Positions 23,251 to 31,661 of a stretch of DNA of 33,360 nucleotides are shown here, one piece after another. This DNA is from SAR202 cluster bacterium. Its GTDB lineage: Bacteria > Chloroflexota > Dehalococcoidia > Lucifugimonadales > UBA826. Location: assembly GCA_009392675.1 (NCBI GenBank), contig VFFY01000137.1, positions 1 through 33,360 of the forward strand. Reading direction: 5' to 3'. Each line of letters begins with the position of its first letter. Position 1 is the stretch's first letter. The notes below the pieces were generated by a model. It worked only from the letters and a program-made list of their open reading frames with translations, was not told where the DNA came from and made no database searches. The translations under genes were made by a program, and so were the position numbers.

Positions 23251-25782
23251 ATGCCTAAAGTAAGCACGGTTACCTTGTCATCAATCCTTGATGCCCGTGA
23301 AGTGACTCTACCCGATTTTGATAAACAATACCTAGACGATGTGTCATTTGTGACAGCGATGACATTAGTTTTGATGGGTAACTATTGCCAGACAGGCCAT
23401 TTTGGTGGGCCGTTGGCGTACACACCTTATACGGTTGCCTCTCACCTAATTGGTCCCGAATTAGGTGGTCTTAAATACGATTATCGGAGGCCGAAGCATC
23501 CTTATTCAGACAAGTTCATGCTGGCCGGAGGACATAACGCTCCAGTCGCATACGCTCTTTGGATGGTTCTGGGGGAGGCCTTATATCAGAAATACCAAAA
23601 CACTGGAGATAAAAAATATCAGGCGGATTACAACCAAACATTACTTCCAATCGATTGCATAGGGTTTAGAAGATCTAAACAGGGAATGCGAACCATACTT
23701 GAACAAAATGGACTGGTCGATCACCCAGCGATGGCGCAGGCTCAATTGAGAGGCATACGCGCATTGTCTGGCCATTCTGAGAGTACAGATGCGACTAATG
23801 ATGTGAATGGAGGCCCATCAGGAATAGGGATTGCTACAGCTGCTGGTAAAGCTACATTCTGGGATATTATAGGTGCTTCCGAATCACCGAAAGTGATGGC
23901 AGTGGAAGGTGAGTTTGCAATGACTTCTGGTCATTCGCAAGAGATGAAGACCCAGGCAGTTGCCCAACAGGTCGGAAAACGCCTGAGGATTCTTATGTCT
24001 TACAACAATGCTGGGATTGACGCTGAACTAATTGGGGGAGTTATACAGCCTCAATACGAATCCTACAGGATCGTAGATCAATGGACTTCATATGGCTGGA
24101 ATGTATTTTCTGTAGAGGATGCTAATGATATGGGCCAGGTAGTGGCAGCATTCAAAGCTATGGAGGATACTGATCCCTCTGACCGTAGGCCTATGATCTT
24201 AATAGGAAAGACAACTAAGGGATGGTGGCCTGGTGCGGAAAATGGACAAATACCTGGATATGGTAACCAGATCACAAGTTTTCGAAGCCACCCCTACACT
24301 TTTGCAATGAATTCCGAATATTTCTTGGCTCTTGCGTCAACCTTTGAAGATCGGTTTGATGTGAAATTCAAAGGTATTTCGGATGGACCAATTTCGGATG
24401 AAAGAGAACGTTTGATCCAGTACAAAGAGAATATCGATGTTGTAATGTCAGTGTTGGATAAGAATGGTTTAGGGGACTGGATAGCCGACAGGTTGGTGAA
24501 AATCGGCGAGCAAGTGAAGGATCAGATTCCAACCCGAATCGATACCAGTATCGACCCTTTTATGGATGAAAGATTAGATTATAGGACCCTTTCGCTTGAA
24601 CCCCAGACGGTAACTGTAACAAACCCCGTCTCAGGGGAACAGAAAGAACTAGAAATTAATATGTTTGAGAAACCTGGAGTTCCTAAGGGAAGTAGGAGGG
24701 CTATATCGGAAATCGTTAAATGGGTCAATTATGTGACTGATAATAGACTAGTTTTAGCGGCTGCTGATCTTGCTGACTCTATCAACGTTGAGAAAGGCTC
24801 AATATGGGGAGAATTTGACCCAATCACAAACCCGGCTGGAGTTCGCCTCCGATCTGCAATACAGGAGGCCGGCAATGTATCGACAGCGATTGGACTAGTG
24901 AGTCAATCAGCCTCACTCGACCCTGGAAAACATTCCGGAGTCTGGGCACTAAGTGGTACTTATGGTGCTTTCACGCCACTTATGTACTTGCCGGTGAGGG
25001 TCTGGAGCCAGCAAAACCAAGATAGTCCCTTTAGGTTAGGAGTTTTGAATATCCTTGCAGGTCACTCTGGCCCTGAAACTGCAGCTGATGCTCGTACACA
25101 TTTTGGTATATTTTCTCCACAAGTATGGAAACTGTTTCCAAGAGATCAAGTGATAACCCTTAATTTCTGGGACTATAACGATGTTGCCCCTGGATATTTG
25201 GCAGCGGCAGAAATAGCGGCTAGAGATCCCAAGGTGGGAGTCATAGTTTTAGAGGTGGCAAGGCCAGATTTTCCGGTGGTAGATAGAAGTAAATTGGCCG
25301 ATTCGGATATCAAAGCTGCGGCCAAAGGGTTTTATATACTGAAGGATTTTGATACATCTAAACCTAAAGAAGGATACATTGTAGTACAAGGCTCTTCATC
25401 CACTAGTAATCTGGTGGCCCAAATAGAGCAGATTGAATCTGAAGGTCATAACGTCCGTATAATATCGGCTGTTTCAGAAGATCTATTTAACCGGCAATCT
25501 CAAGAATATAAGGATCATGTGCTGCCTGCTTCGGCCAAGTACAATATGATGATCGTAAGTACTGGCACTAAAAGAATGTGGCCTGTCACAGGAGTTGGCC
25601 CCTTAACGGAAGAGTATTCATTGGTCTCGGATCGCGATGATTTGTGGCTAAGTGGAGGCTCAGAGGGAGAAGTTTTGAAAGAGGCAGGTTTGGATCCGGA
25701 TACAATTTTTCAATCGGTCGCCAAATTCGCGAGAGAGCATTCTAATAGAATGAAGCGTCAGTCTGAACTGTTAGCCGGATAG
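23251..25782 (+). CDS. Transketolase-family thiamine-diphosphate-dependent enzyme, atypically long (843 aa)
   Basis: Collinear by eye with TktA. TGHFGGPL vs GHPG; DKFMLAGGHNAP vs DRFVLS.GH; NGGPSGIGIATAAG vs TGPLGQG; VEGEFAM..(27)..SYNNAGID vs GDG..NN; IQEAGN vs VREFGM; ARTHF vs GPTHQ; GFYILKD and a C-terminal-domain SEDLFNRQSQEYKDHVLP vs STDAFDKQDAAYRESVLP. Confidence 0.8.
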   Translation: MPKVSTVTLSSILDAREVTLPDFDKQYLDDVSFVTAMTLVLMGNYCQTGHFGGPLAYTPYTVASHLIGPELGGLKYDYRRPKHPYSDKFMLAGGHNAPVAYALWMVLGEALYQKYQNTGDKKYQADYNQTLLPIDCIGFRRSKQGMRTILEQNGLVDHPAMAQAQLRGIRALSGHSESTDATNDVNGGPSGIGIATAAGKATFWDIIGASESPKVMAVEGEFAMTSGHSQEMKTQAVAQQVGKRLRILMSYNNAGIDAELIGGVIQPQYESYRIVDQWTSYGWNVFSVEDANDMGQVVAAFKAMEDTDPSDRRPMILIGKTTKGWWPGAENGQIPGYGNQITSFRSHPYTFAMNSEYFLALASTFEDRFDVKFKGISDGPISDERERLIQYKENIDVVMSVLDKNGLGDWIADRLVKIGEQVKDQIPTRIDTSIDPFMDERLDYRTLSLEPQTVTVTNPVSGEQKELEINMFEKPGVPKGSRRAISEIVKWVNYVTDNRLVLAAADLADSINVEKGSIWGEFDPITNPAGVRLRSAIQEAGNVSTAIGLVSQSASLDPGKHSGVWALSGTYGAFTPLMYLPVRVWSQQNQDSPFRLGVLNILAGHSGPETAADARTHFGIFSPQVWKLFPRDQVITLNFWDYNDVAPGYLAAAEIAARDPKVGVIVLEVARPDFPVVDRSKLADSDIKAAAKGFYILKDFDTSKPKEGYIVVQGSSSTSNLVAQIEQIESEGHNVRIISAVSEDLFNRQSQEYKDHVLPASAKYNMMIVSTGTKRMWPVTGVGPLTEEYSLVSDRDDLWLSGGSEGEVLKEAGLDPDTIFQSVAKFAREHSNRMKRQSELLAG

Positions 25783-25804
25783 AAATGGGGATATAGCTTT
25801 ATAT

Positions 25805-26908
25805 TCACCTTTGAATGTCCGCATTAAAAAGATGGGGACTTTTTTGATACACTTCGTCTATTAGGGTTGCATATCCCATATTTGTCACAATACGCCCAGA
25901 CCCAGTTGTTTCCTTTCTACTGGTATTAATACCGATCAAGGCACCATTTCTGTTGATCAAAGCTCCTCCGCTGTTACCAGGGTTGAGAGCTGCGTCAGTT
26001 TGTACCATCTGAATACCAGAATCTTCTTCATAAAGGTTGGCTGAGACTATTCCTGAAGTAACGGAGTAGTTTTCATTTAATGGATAACCCAAGGCATAAA
26101 CTTCCAGACCAACCGCAGGGGGGCCAACAAGGAGTAGATCAAATACTTCTAAATCAAAAGCATTTATTTCAATAATTGCTATATCTATCTCTTTATCTTC
26201 AAATATAATTTGCCCTTCGTACTTATTTCCATTATAGAGTTCTATTAGCATGTCAGATTTATTTTCGATGACGTGTTCATTTGTGATTATGAACGTTGTT
26301 AAGGGATCATTTCCTGACACTAGAACTCCACTTCCCCCGCTTGATCCCGATAGAATTTTCACCACTTTTTTTGTTGCTTGAGCTAACACATCTATTGTGG
26401 TGATTGTTGGGGTTGGTGTCATTGTTGGTAAAGGGGTCGGTATAGGTGTGGTAGTTGGAGTGCTGGTAGGTGGAGGAGAGGGTGTAATGGTCGGATTTGG
26501 GGTGTTTGTGGCCGGTATGGAAGTAGCGGTGGGTACTACAGTATATGTTGGAAGTGGTGTATATGTAGGCAAAGGACTTGGGGTGTTAATTATTGTAGGA
26601 AGAGGAGTTGGTGTAGAAGTCGGTTGCGGAGTGTTGGTTTTTGTGGCGGTACCATAGACAGCGATAGATGTTGCCGTTAAAGCAATGGAAAGCTGACTTT
26701 CAACCTCACGGCTAATCTCAAAATTGTCTAACCTAGCCTCTACAGTTGCTCTAACAATTTTATCTAAGTCTTCAAAATGTGGTACAAACGGAGTGACCGT
26801 TTCATCTTTCTGCGTAAGGGGATTATTGGCAATATCCGAGCTCGAATCCACCTGACATGAGACCAAAGCGAAACCAATGAAAAATATGTATATGAACTTT
26901 TTGTACAA
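25805..26908 (-). CDS. Trypsin-like (S1C/HtrA-type, no PDZ domain) serine protease lipoprotein with a Pro/Thr-rich linker
   Basis: TTG start. Signal peptide MYKKFIYIFFIGFALVSC with lipobox LVSC. Triad contexts TNEHVI (His), DIAIIEI (Asp) and NPGNSGGALIN (Ser). Confidence 0.85.
   Translation of the reverse strand: MYKKFIYIFFIGFALVSCQVDSSSDIANNPLTQKDETVTPFVPHFEDLDKIVRATVEARLDNFEISREVESQLSIALTATSIAVYGTATKTNTPQPTSTPTPLPTIINTPSPLPTYTPLPTYTVVPTATSIPATNTPNPTITPSPPPTSTPTTTPIPTPLPTMTPTPTITTIDVLAQATKKVVKILSGSSGGSGVLVSGNDPLTTFIITNEHVIENKSDMLIELYNGNKYEGQIIFEDKEIDIAIIEINAFDLEVFDLLLVGPPAVGLEVYALGYPLNENYSVTSGIVSANLYEEDSGIQMVQTDAALNPGNSGGALINRNGALIGINTSRKETTGSGRIVTNMGYATLIDEVYQKSPHLFNADIQR
26396..26638 (-). 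repeat. Low-complexity Pro/Thr-rich linker coding region (aa 91-171 of the protease)
   Basis: TNTPQPTSTPTPLPTIINTPSPLPTYTPLPTY..TPSPPPTSTPTTTPIPTPLPTMTPTPT. The degenerate ACN/CCN codon periodicity produces the antisense Gly/Val ORF 26397-26657. Confidence 0.6.
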
Positions 26909-27117
26909 TTCAAGTACTCATAAGAGATTTGTTATCAAAATGGGTCAGCCGAAACACTATAGGTAGTATTGTCACCTGAGGGACTTATGAAAGTCTACAG
27001 GAGGTTCAAGTTTGGAGGGGCATCTTAATGGAAAAAATGAAACAATATTGGGATGTATTACATTAAAGTAAGAAACAGTTAACCTTCAAATACCAATAAA
27101 ATAGAGGTCAAATTTAC

Positions 27118-28323
27118 ATGGGCACCTTTGGATTTTCAACAGAGAAGCTGAAAAACATTGAATTTTACTTGCAGGAAAAATACATAGACACAAATAGGTA
27201 TGTAGGAACTCTTACTGGAATATATAGGAACGGCCAACTAGGTTTTATATCCACCCTAGGATTAATGGATAGAGAGTCTCGTAAACCCATCGAACGGGAT
27301 ACTATATTTCGAATATATTCAATGACAAAGCCAATAACTTCTGTAGCTTTGATGTCTTTGTATGAAAAGGGTTTGTTTCAGTTAGACGATCCTGTCTCAG
27401 AATATATTCCAGCCTTCAAAGACCTGAACGTTTATGCAGAAGGAATTTTGGGAAACTACAAAACGACTTATCCTGATAGAGAAATGACAATAAGGGATCT
27501 ACTTAGTCATCAATCTGGGTTAACTTACGGGTTTATGGAACGATCGAATGTTGACGCTGCATATCGAGAACTTGGTATCGAAAAAGAGTCACAGAAAAAC
27601 CTGGAAGAATTCGTGAATGTGTTAAGTACCATCCCATTGGAATTTTCACCGGGTACGGCTTGGAATTATTCCGTTTCTACCGACGTTTGTGGCTACCTGA
27701 TAGAAGTGATATCAGGTAAAACTTTAGACAGGTTTTTAGAAGAGGAAATATTCCAACCTTTAGGGATGACCGATACGGGATTTTACGTCCCCTCCCCCAA
27801 AACCCAGCGCTTGTCGTCCAATTACGAGTATAGGGAAGGACAAGAGCCGATATTAGTCGATGACGCTAATACTGGGTCTTACATTAATCCCCCTACCCTG
27901 TTTTCTGGAGGAGGAGGTCTTGTGTCAACATTGGATGACTATATGGCGTTTTGCAAAATGGTTTTAGCAAGAGGGAGCCTAGAGGGACACAGGATATTAA
28001 GCCGAAAAACTTTAGATTTGATGAGCTCTAATCATCTTACGAACGGAAAGGACTTAAGGAGTTGTGCGTATGGGAGGTGGAGTGAAACTTCATACACCGG
28101 GGTCGGGTTTGGTTTGGGATTTTCAGTTTTGCTGGACCCAGCAGCCTCACAAGTTTCTGGCAGTAAGGGTGAATTAGCTTGGGGTGGAGCTGCTAGCACA
28201 GCTTTTTGGATAGATCCATTAGAAGACATGGCAGTAGTTTTTCTGACCCAGTTACTACCTTCCAGTACATATAATGTTCGGAGAGAATTGCGTTCGCTAG
28301 TGTATTCCGCTTTATCAGATTAA
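27118..28323 (+). CDS. Serine hydrolase of the beta-lactamase (class C / esterase EstB-like) family
   Basis: 401 aa. S-x-x-K nucleophile motif in FRIYSMTKPITS, then HQSGL and WNYS blocks and a C-terminal AWGGAASTAFWIDP. Confidence 0.85.
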   Translation: MGTFGFSTEKLKNIEFYLQEKYIDTNRYVGTLTGIYRNGQLGFISTLGLMDRESRKPIERDTIFRIYSMTKPITSVALMSLYEKGLFQLDDPVSEYIPAFKDLNVYAEGILGNYKTTYPDREMTIRDLLSHQSGLTYGFMERSNVDAAYRELGIEKESQKNLEEFVNVLSTIPLEFSPGTAWNYSVSTDVCGYLIEVISGKTLDRFLEEEIFQPLGMTDTGFYVPSPKTQRLSSNYEYREGQEPILVDDANTGSYINPPTLFSGGGGLVSTLDDYMAFCKMVLARGSLEGHRILSRKTLDLMSSNHLTNGKDLRSCAYGRWSETSYTGVGFGLGFSVLLDPAASQVSGSKGELAWGGAASTAFWIDPLEDMAVVFLTQLLPSSTYNVRRELRSLVYSALSD

Positions 28324-29600
28324 TTAGACCGGGCTGATTTCGCCCCAGCATTTGCAGGGCCACGATTGGTTCCAGATTCCTTCCGTCTTTTCCAACCGGA
28401 TGAACGTCTAGGATGATTTCTTGAACTTTGGGATTTTAAATTCTGACTGGGAGCCGATCGTTTGTCGGGATCAAACGAAGGTCCGTAGCTAAAATTATCA
28501 ACGGTTTTTCTTTCAATCTGTGATTTCAGGATTCTTTCAATTCTGGTAATCATCGATTCATCTTCGGGTATTGAAAGAGTTATGGCTTTACCAAGATTTT
28601 CTGCTCTTCCTGTGCGCCCGATCCTATGTATATAAGCATCTACAGTGTTTGGCATATCGTAGTTGATTACATGTGTGATTTCTGGAATATCAATACCTCG
28701 TGAGGCTATGTCAGTCGCCACTAAAAAGTCAAATTTACCTTTTCTAAAACCGTTTATGGCTTGAGTCCGTTTATTTTGCGACATATTACCTTGAAGGGCT
28801 GCTGCGTTGTATTTTCTCTTATCTAGCTCCGCGAACAGTTTTTTGGTTCGATGTTTTGTTCTGGTGAATACTATTACTTGACCTGTCGCTGTGGTTTCTA
28901 TTAGTCGGAAAAACAACTGGCTTTTAAGCTTTTCTGTGACCGGATAAAGAGAATGAGCAACCGTTTTTGCCGGAGCTATAACCCCTATCTGAACTTCAGT
29001 TGGGTTATCCAAAATATCTTTGGCCAAATTTCTAATATCACTTGGCATAGTAGCAGCAAAAAATAGGGTTTGCCTCTTGGTTGGTAAATGAGTGATTATC
29101 TTTCGAATATCAGGAAGGAAACCCATGTCGCACATTGTGTCAGCTTCATCCAACACCAATGTGTCTAAAGTTGACAAATCGATAGTTGATTCTCTGAGGT
29201 GATCCAACAGACGACCCGGGCAGGCAACTACTATGTCTACGCCTTTTTGTAATTTTTCGTCTTGAGGATTTTTAGAAACTCCTCCGTACAAGGTAATGGA
29301 TCTGGTCTTCAACCCAGAGCTCAATTGAGATATATGTTGGTGGATTTGGTCAGCTAACTCTCTGGTAGGGGCTATTACTAAAGCTCTTATTTTGCCTGTA
29401 TAACCAACCGACAATTTTTGTAATAACGGAATTGCAAAGGCAGCAGTCTTTCCAGTTCCGGTCTGTGCTAATCCTAATAAATCCCGGCCTTCTATTGAAA
29501 GCGGGATAGCTTTATTCTGTATTGGGGTAAGAGTCGTATAGCCAGCTGATCGAATGCCCGCCATTAGACGTTTGTCGAGGCCGAGGTCGTTAAATTCCAA
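28320..29600 (-). CDS. DEAD-box ATP-dependent RNA helicase (RhlE-like) with a basic C-terminal tail
   Basis: Q-motif region F..LGL; motif I AQTGTGKTAAF; motif Ia PTRELA; motif II VLDEADTM; HRIGRTGRA. TTG start with AGGAAGG 7 nt upstream. Confidence 0.93.
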   Translation of the reverse strand: MEFNDLGLDKRLMAGIRSAGYTTLTPIQNKAIPLSIEGRDLLGLAQTGTGKTAAFAIPLLQKLSVGYTGKIRALVIAPTRELADQIHQHISQLSSGLKTRSITLYGGVSKNPQDEKLQKGVDIVVACPGRLLDHLRESTIDLSTLDTLVLDEADTMCDMGFLPDIRKIITHLPTKRQTLFFAATMPSDIRNLAKDILDNPTEVQIGVIAPAKTVAHSLYPVTEKLKSQLFFRLIETTATGQVIVFTRTKHRTKKLFAELDKRKYNAAALQGNMSQNKRTQAINGFRKGKFDFLVATDIASRGIDIPEITHVINYDMPNTVDAYIHRIGRTGRAENLGKAITLSIPEDESMITRIERILKSQIERKTVDNFSYGPSFDPDKRSAPSQNLKSQSSRNHPRRSSGWKRRKESGTNRGPANAGAKSARSN

Positions 29601-29628
29601 AAAGAACCTTCCTAAAATAAATGGTCAT

Positions 29629-29705
29629 GGTGACCCCAGCGGGATTCGAACCCGCGATCTCCGCCTTGAAAGGGCGGTGTCCTAGACCGCTAGACGATGG
29701 GGCCA
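29629..29705 (-). tRNA. tRNA-Glu (anticodon UUC) with an encoded CCA end
   Basis: The reverse strand reads GGCCCCATCGTCTAGCGGTCTAGGACACCGCCCTTTCAAGGCGGAGATCGCGGGTTCGAATCCCGCTGGGGTCACCA. It has a 7-bp acceptor stem, anticodon stem CCGCC/GGCGG with loop CUUUCAA, and a GGTTCGAATCC T-arm. It closely resembles E. coli tRNA-Glu. Confidence 0.95.
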
Positions 29706-29749
29706 TGTTAGTTTCAAAAAATCGTCTGTTGTTTAAACAACACTAAATA

Positions 29750-29778
29750 GTCTATGTCCTCGGTGGGGATAGAGCAAC
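29750..29778 (-). promoter_or_regulatory. Putative sigma-70 promoter for tRNA-Glu (and possibly the helicase)
   Basis: On the reverse strand: TTGCTC (29778-29773), a 17-nt spacer, then TAGACT (29755-29750), about 45 nt upstream of the tRNA 5' end. Confidence 0.3.
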
Positions 29779-29801
29779 GATTATTTAGATGGAAAATAAC
29801 C

Positions 29802-30833
29802 CTATGGATATATCGCCAATTGGGTTAATCCCAAGTCTTCAGGCATACCGCACATGATGTTCATGTTTTGAATGGCCTGGCCTGCAGCACCCTTCACAAG
29901 GTTGTCTATACAACTGATTACCATCAATCTACCTGCCCTCACGTCGACCGTTGGATATATGACGCAATCATTACTTCCGAGAGTTTGTTTTGTCATTGGA
30001 GGAGAATCGACAACGTGAGTAAATCTTTCATCTTTGTAAAAATCCCTATAAAGATCTTTTATTTCTGATTTTAGGTCTACTGCTGCTCCGATAAAACTAT
30101 TTTTTAAAGGTGCGTAGCAAGAAGCTAATATACCTCGTGTCATTGGGATCAGGTGAGGTAGGAAAGTGAGGTTGACATGTTGGTTAGATAGTAAATCTAA
30201 TTCCTGTGAAATTTCTGGCATATGGCGATGGCCATCCAGCCCATAGGCACTCACGTTTTCATTGACTTCGGAATAATGGATTTTGAGCGATAGGCCCCTA
30301 CCAGCTCCTGATACTCCAGATTTAGCATCAACGATGACCTCTGGTTCTATAATTCCTGCCTGTAAGGCTGGTGCGAGGCCTAATATGGAGGCAGTCGGAT
30401 AGCACCCGGGGTTGGCAGCGATTTGACAGTCTTTGATCGCAGAACGGTGTAGCTCAGGTAAACCATATGCACTGGACTCCAACAATTCTGGACAAGGGTG
30501 TTCTACGTTATACCATTCCGAATAAGTGTCGAGATTCCGAATACGGAAGTCCGCGCTGATATCTACGCCTTTTATTCCAGAATTGATTGCGTCTTTTAAA
30601 GCCTCTGCACTGGCAGCATGGGGTAGTGCAGAAAACACAAAATCTACACTTTTGTCCAAAGTCGGTGATATTTCTATATCTAAATTAGCCAAATGAGGAA
30701 AGATGTCAGAAATATTTTTACCGGCTCCACTCCGACCGGTTACACAAGCAATATCGACCTCTTCGTGTTCACTTAAAATCCGGGCAACCTCAGCTCCCGC
30801 GTAACCTGTGACATTGATAATTCCTACTTTCAT
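29802..30833 (-). CDS. argC: N-acetyl-gamma-glutamyl-phosphate reductase
   Basis: 343 aa. MKVGIINVTGYAGAEVARIL Rossmann N-terminus, active-site ANPGCYPTA, and a C-terminal DNLVKGAAGQAIQNMN. Confidence 0.95.
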   Translation of the reverse strand: MKVGIINVTGYAGAEVARILSEHEEVDIACVTGRSGAGKNISDIFPHLANLDIEISPTLDKSVDFVFSALPHAASAEALKDAINSGIKGVDISADFRIRNLDTYSEWYNVEHPCPELLESSAYGLPELHRSAIKDCQIAANPGCYPTASILGLAPALQAGIIEPEVIVDAKSGVSGAGRGLSLKIHYSEVNENVSAYGLDGHRHMPEISQELDLLSNQHVNLTFLPHLIPMTRGILASCYAPLKNSFIGAAVDLKSEIKDLYRDFYKDERFTHVVDSPPMTKQTLGSNDCVIYPTVDVRAGRLMVISCIDNLVKGAAGQAIQNMNIMCGMPEDLGLTQLAIYP

Positions 30834-30903
30834 AGTAAACCTTCGGTATATTTTTAATATTTTGCCAGGAGCTATATTCTAGTGCATTAGTGGTATTTGC
30901 ACC

Positions 30904-31590
30904 CTATTGATACCTTTTGAATGAAGGACACAATTCAGTGAGAGAACATTGATAGCATTTCGGCCTTTGGGCTTTGCATGTGTCTCGTCCATGCTTAATT
31001 AAGTACATATGGAATTGGAAAACCTCTTTTGGTTCTACTAACGCTTCTAAAATGTCATGGGCTTTCTCAGCCGATATTTTCCCCCCCACCAAAGACAATC
31101 TTTTGGCCACTCTGTAAATGTGAGTGTCTACGGGCATGGCAGGCATTCCGAATGAAAAACAAAGAATTATGGCCGCAGTTTTCGGTCCCACCCCCTTTAG
31201 ATTTATAAGCCAAGCCTTCGCCTCTTTGAGGGGCATTTCAGCGAGAAAGCTAAGATCAAAAGAACCCAATTCTTCTCTGATTTCATTGAGAATCGATTTT
31301 ATCCGTGGAGCCTTTGTTTTTGAGAGCCCGCCTCTTCTTATGGCTACTTCAATATCATCAACGCTGGCATCGGCTATGTGATCCAAATCACCGAATACAG
31401 CTAATAGGTTATGAAAAGCTCTTTCTGAATTGATGTCCGAGGTGTGTTGGGACAAAATGGTATAGACCAGTTCTTCGGAGGCATTGTATCTAGGCTCCCA
31501 TGGGATAGGACCATAAATAGTGGAAAGCAAATCAGAAACCGCTTTAACTTTCAGTTTTTTTGTTTTTTGGCTATTTTTAATTACACTCAT
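30904..31590 (-). CDS. nth: Endonuclease III (HhH-GPD DNA glycosylase/lyase)
   Basis: 228 aa. HhH motif LINLKGVGPKTAAIIL, then VDTHIYRV, and a C-terminal 4Fe-4S loop C-x6-C-x2-C-x5-C (CKAQRPKCYQCSLTELC). Confidence 0.93.
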   Translation of the reverse strand: MSVIKNSQKTKKLKVKAVSDLLSTIYGPIPWEPRYNASEELVYTILSQHTSDINSERAFHNLLAVFGDLDHIADASVDDIEVAIRRGGLSKTKAPRIKSILNEIREELGSFDLSFLAEMPLKEAKAWLINLKGVGPKTAAIILCFSFGMPAMPVDTHIYRVAKRLSLVGGKISAEKAHDILEALVEPKEVFQFHMYLIKHGRDTCKAQRPKCYQCSLTELCPSFKRYQ

Positions 31591-31661
31591 ATCAACAAAG
31601 TATCCTTATGAAACACTATAATCTGCTTCATAGAAAAGTAAAGATGTTAGGCACTTGTTAA

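Noticed and set aside
26397-26657. 86-aa Gly/Val-rich + strand ORF, with repetitive DNA considered as a tandem repeat or CRISPR-like array
   Set aside because: It is the antisense reading of the Pro/Thr linker codons of the protease. The repeats are degenerate and have no unit/spacer organisation.
29629-29801. tRNA-Glu as a possible genomic-island integration site, and the AT-rich palindrome TGTTGTTTAAACAACA (29728-29743) as an argC terminator
   Set aside because: There is no integrase, no direct repeat of the tRNA 3' end, and the flanking genes are housekeeping. The palindrome is a weak 6-8 bp A/U stem with its U-run offset by 4-5 nt, and it lies downstream of the putative tRNA promoter.
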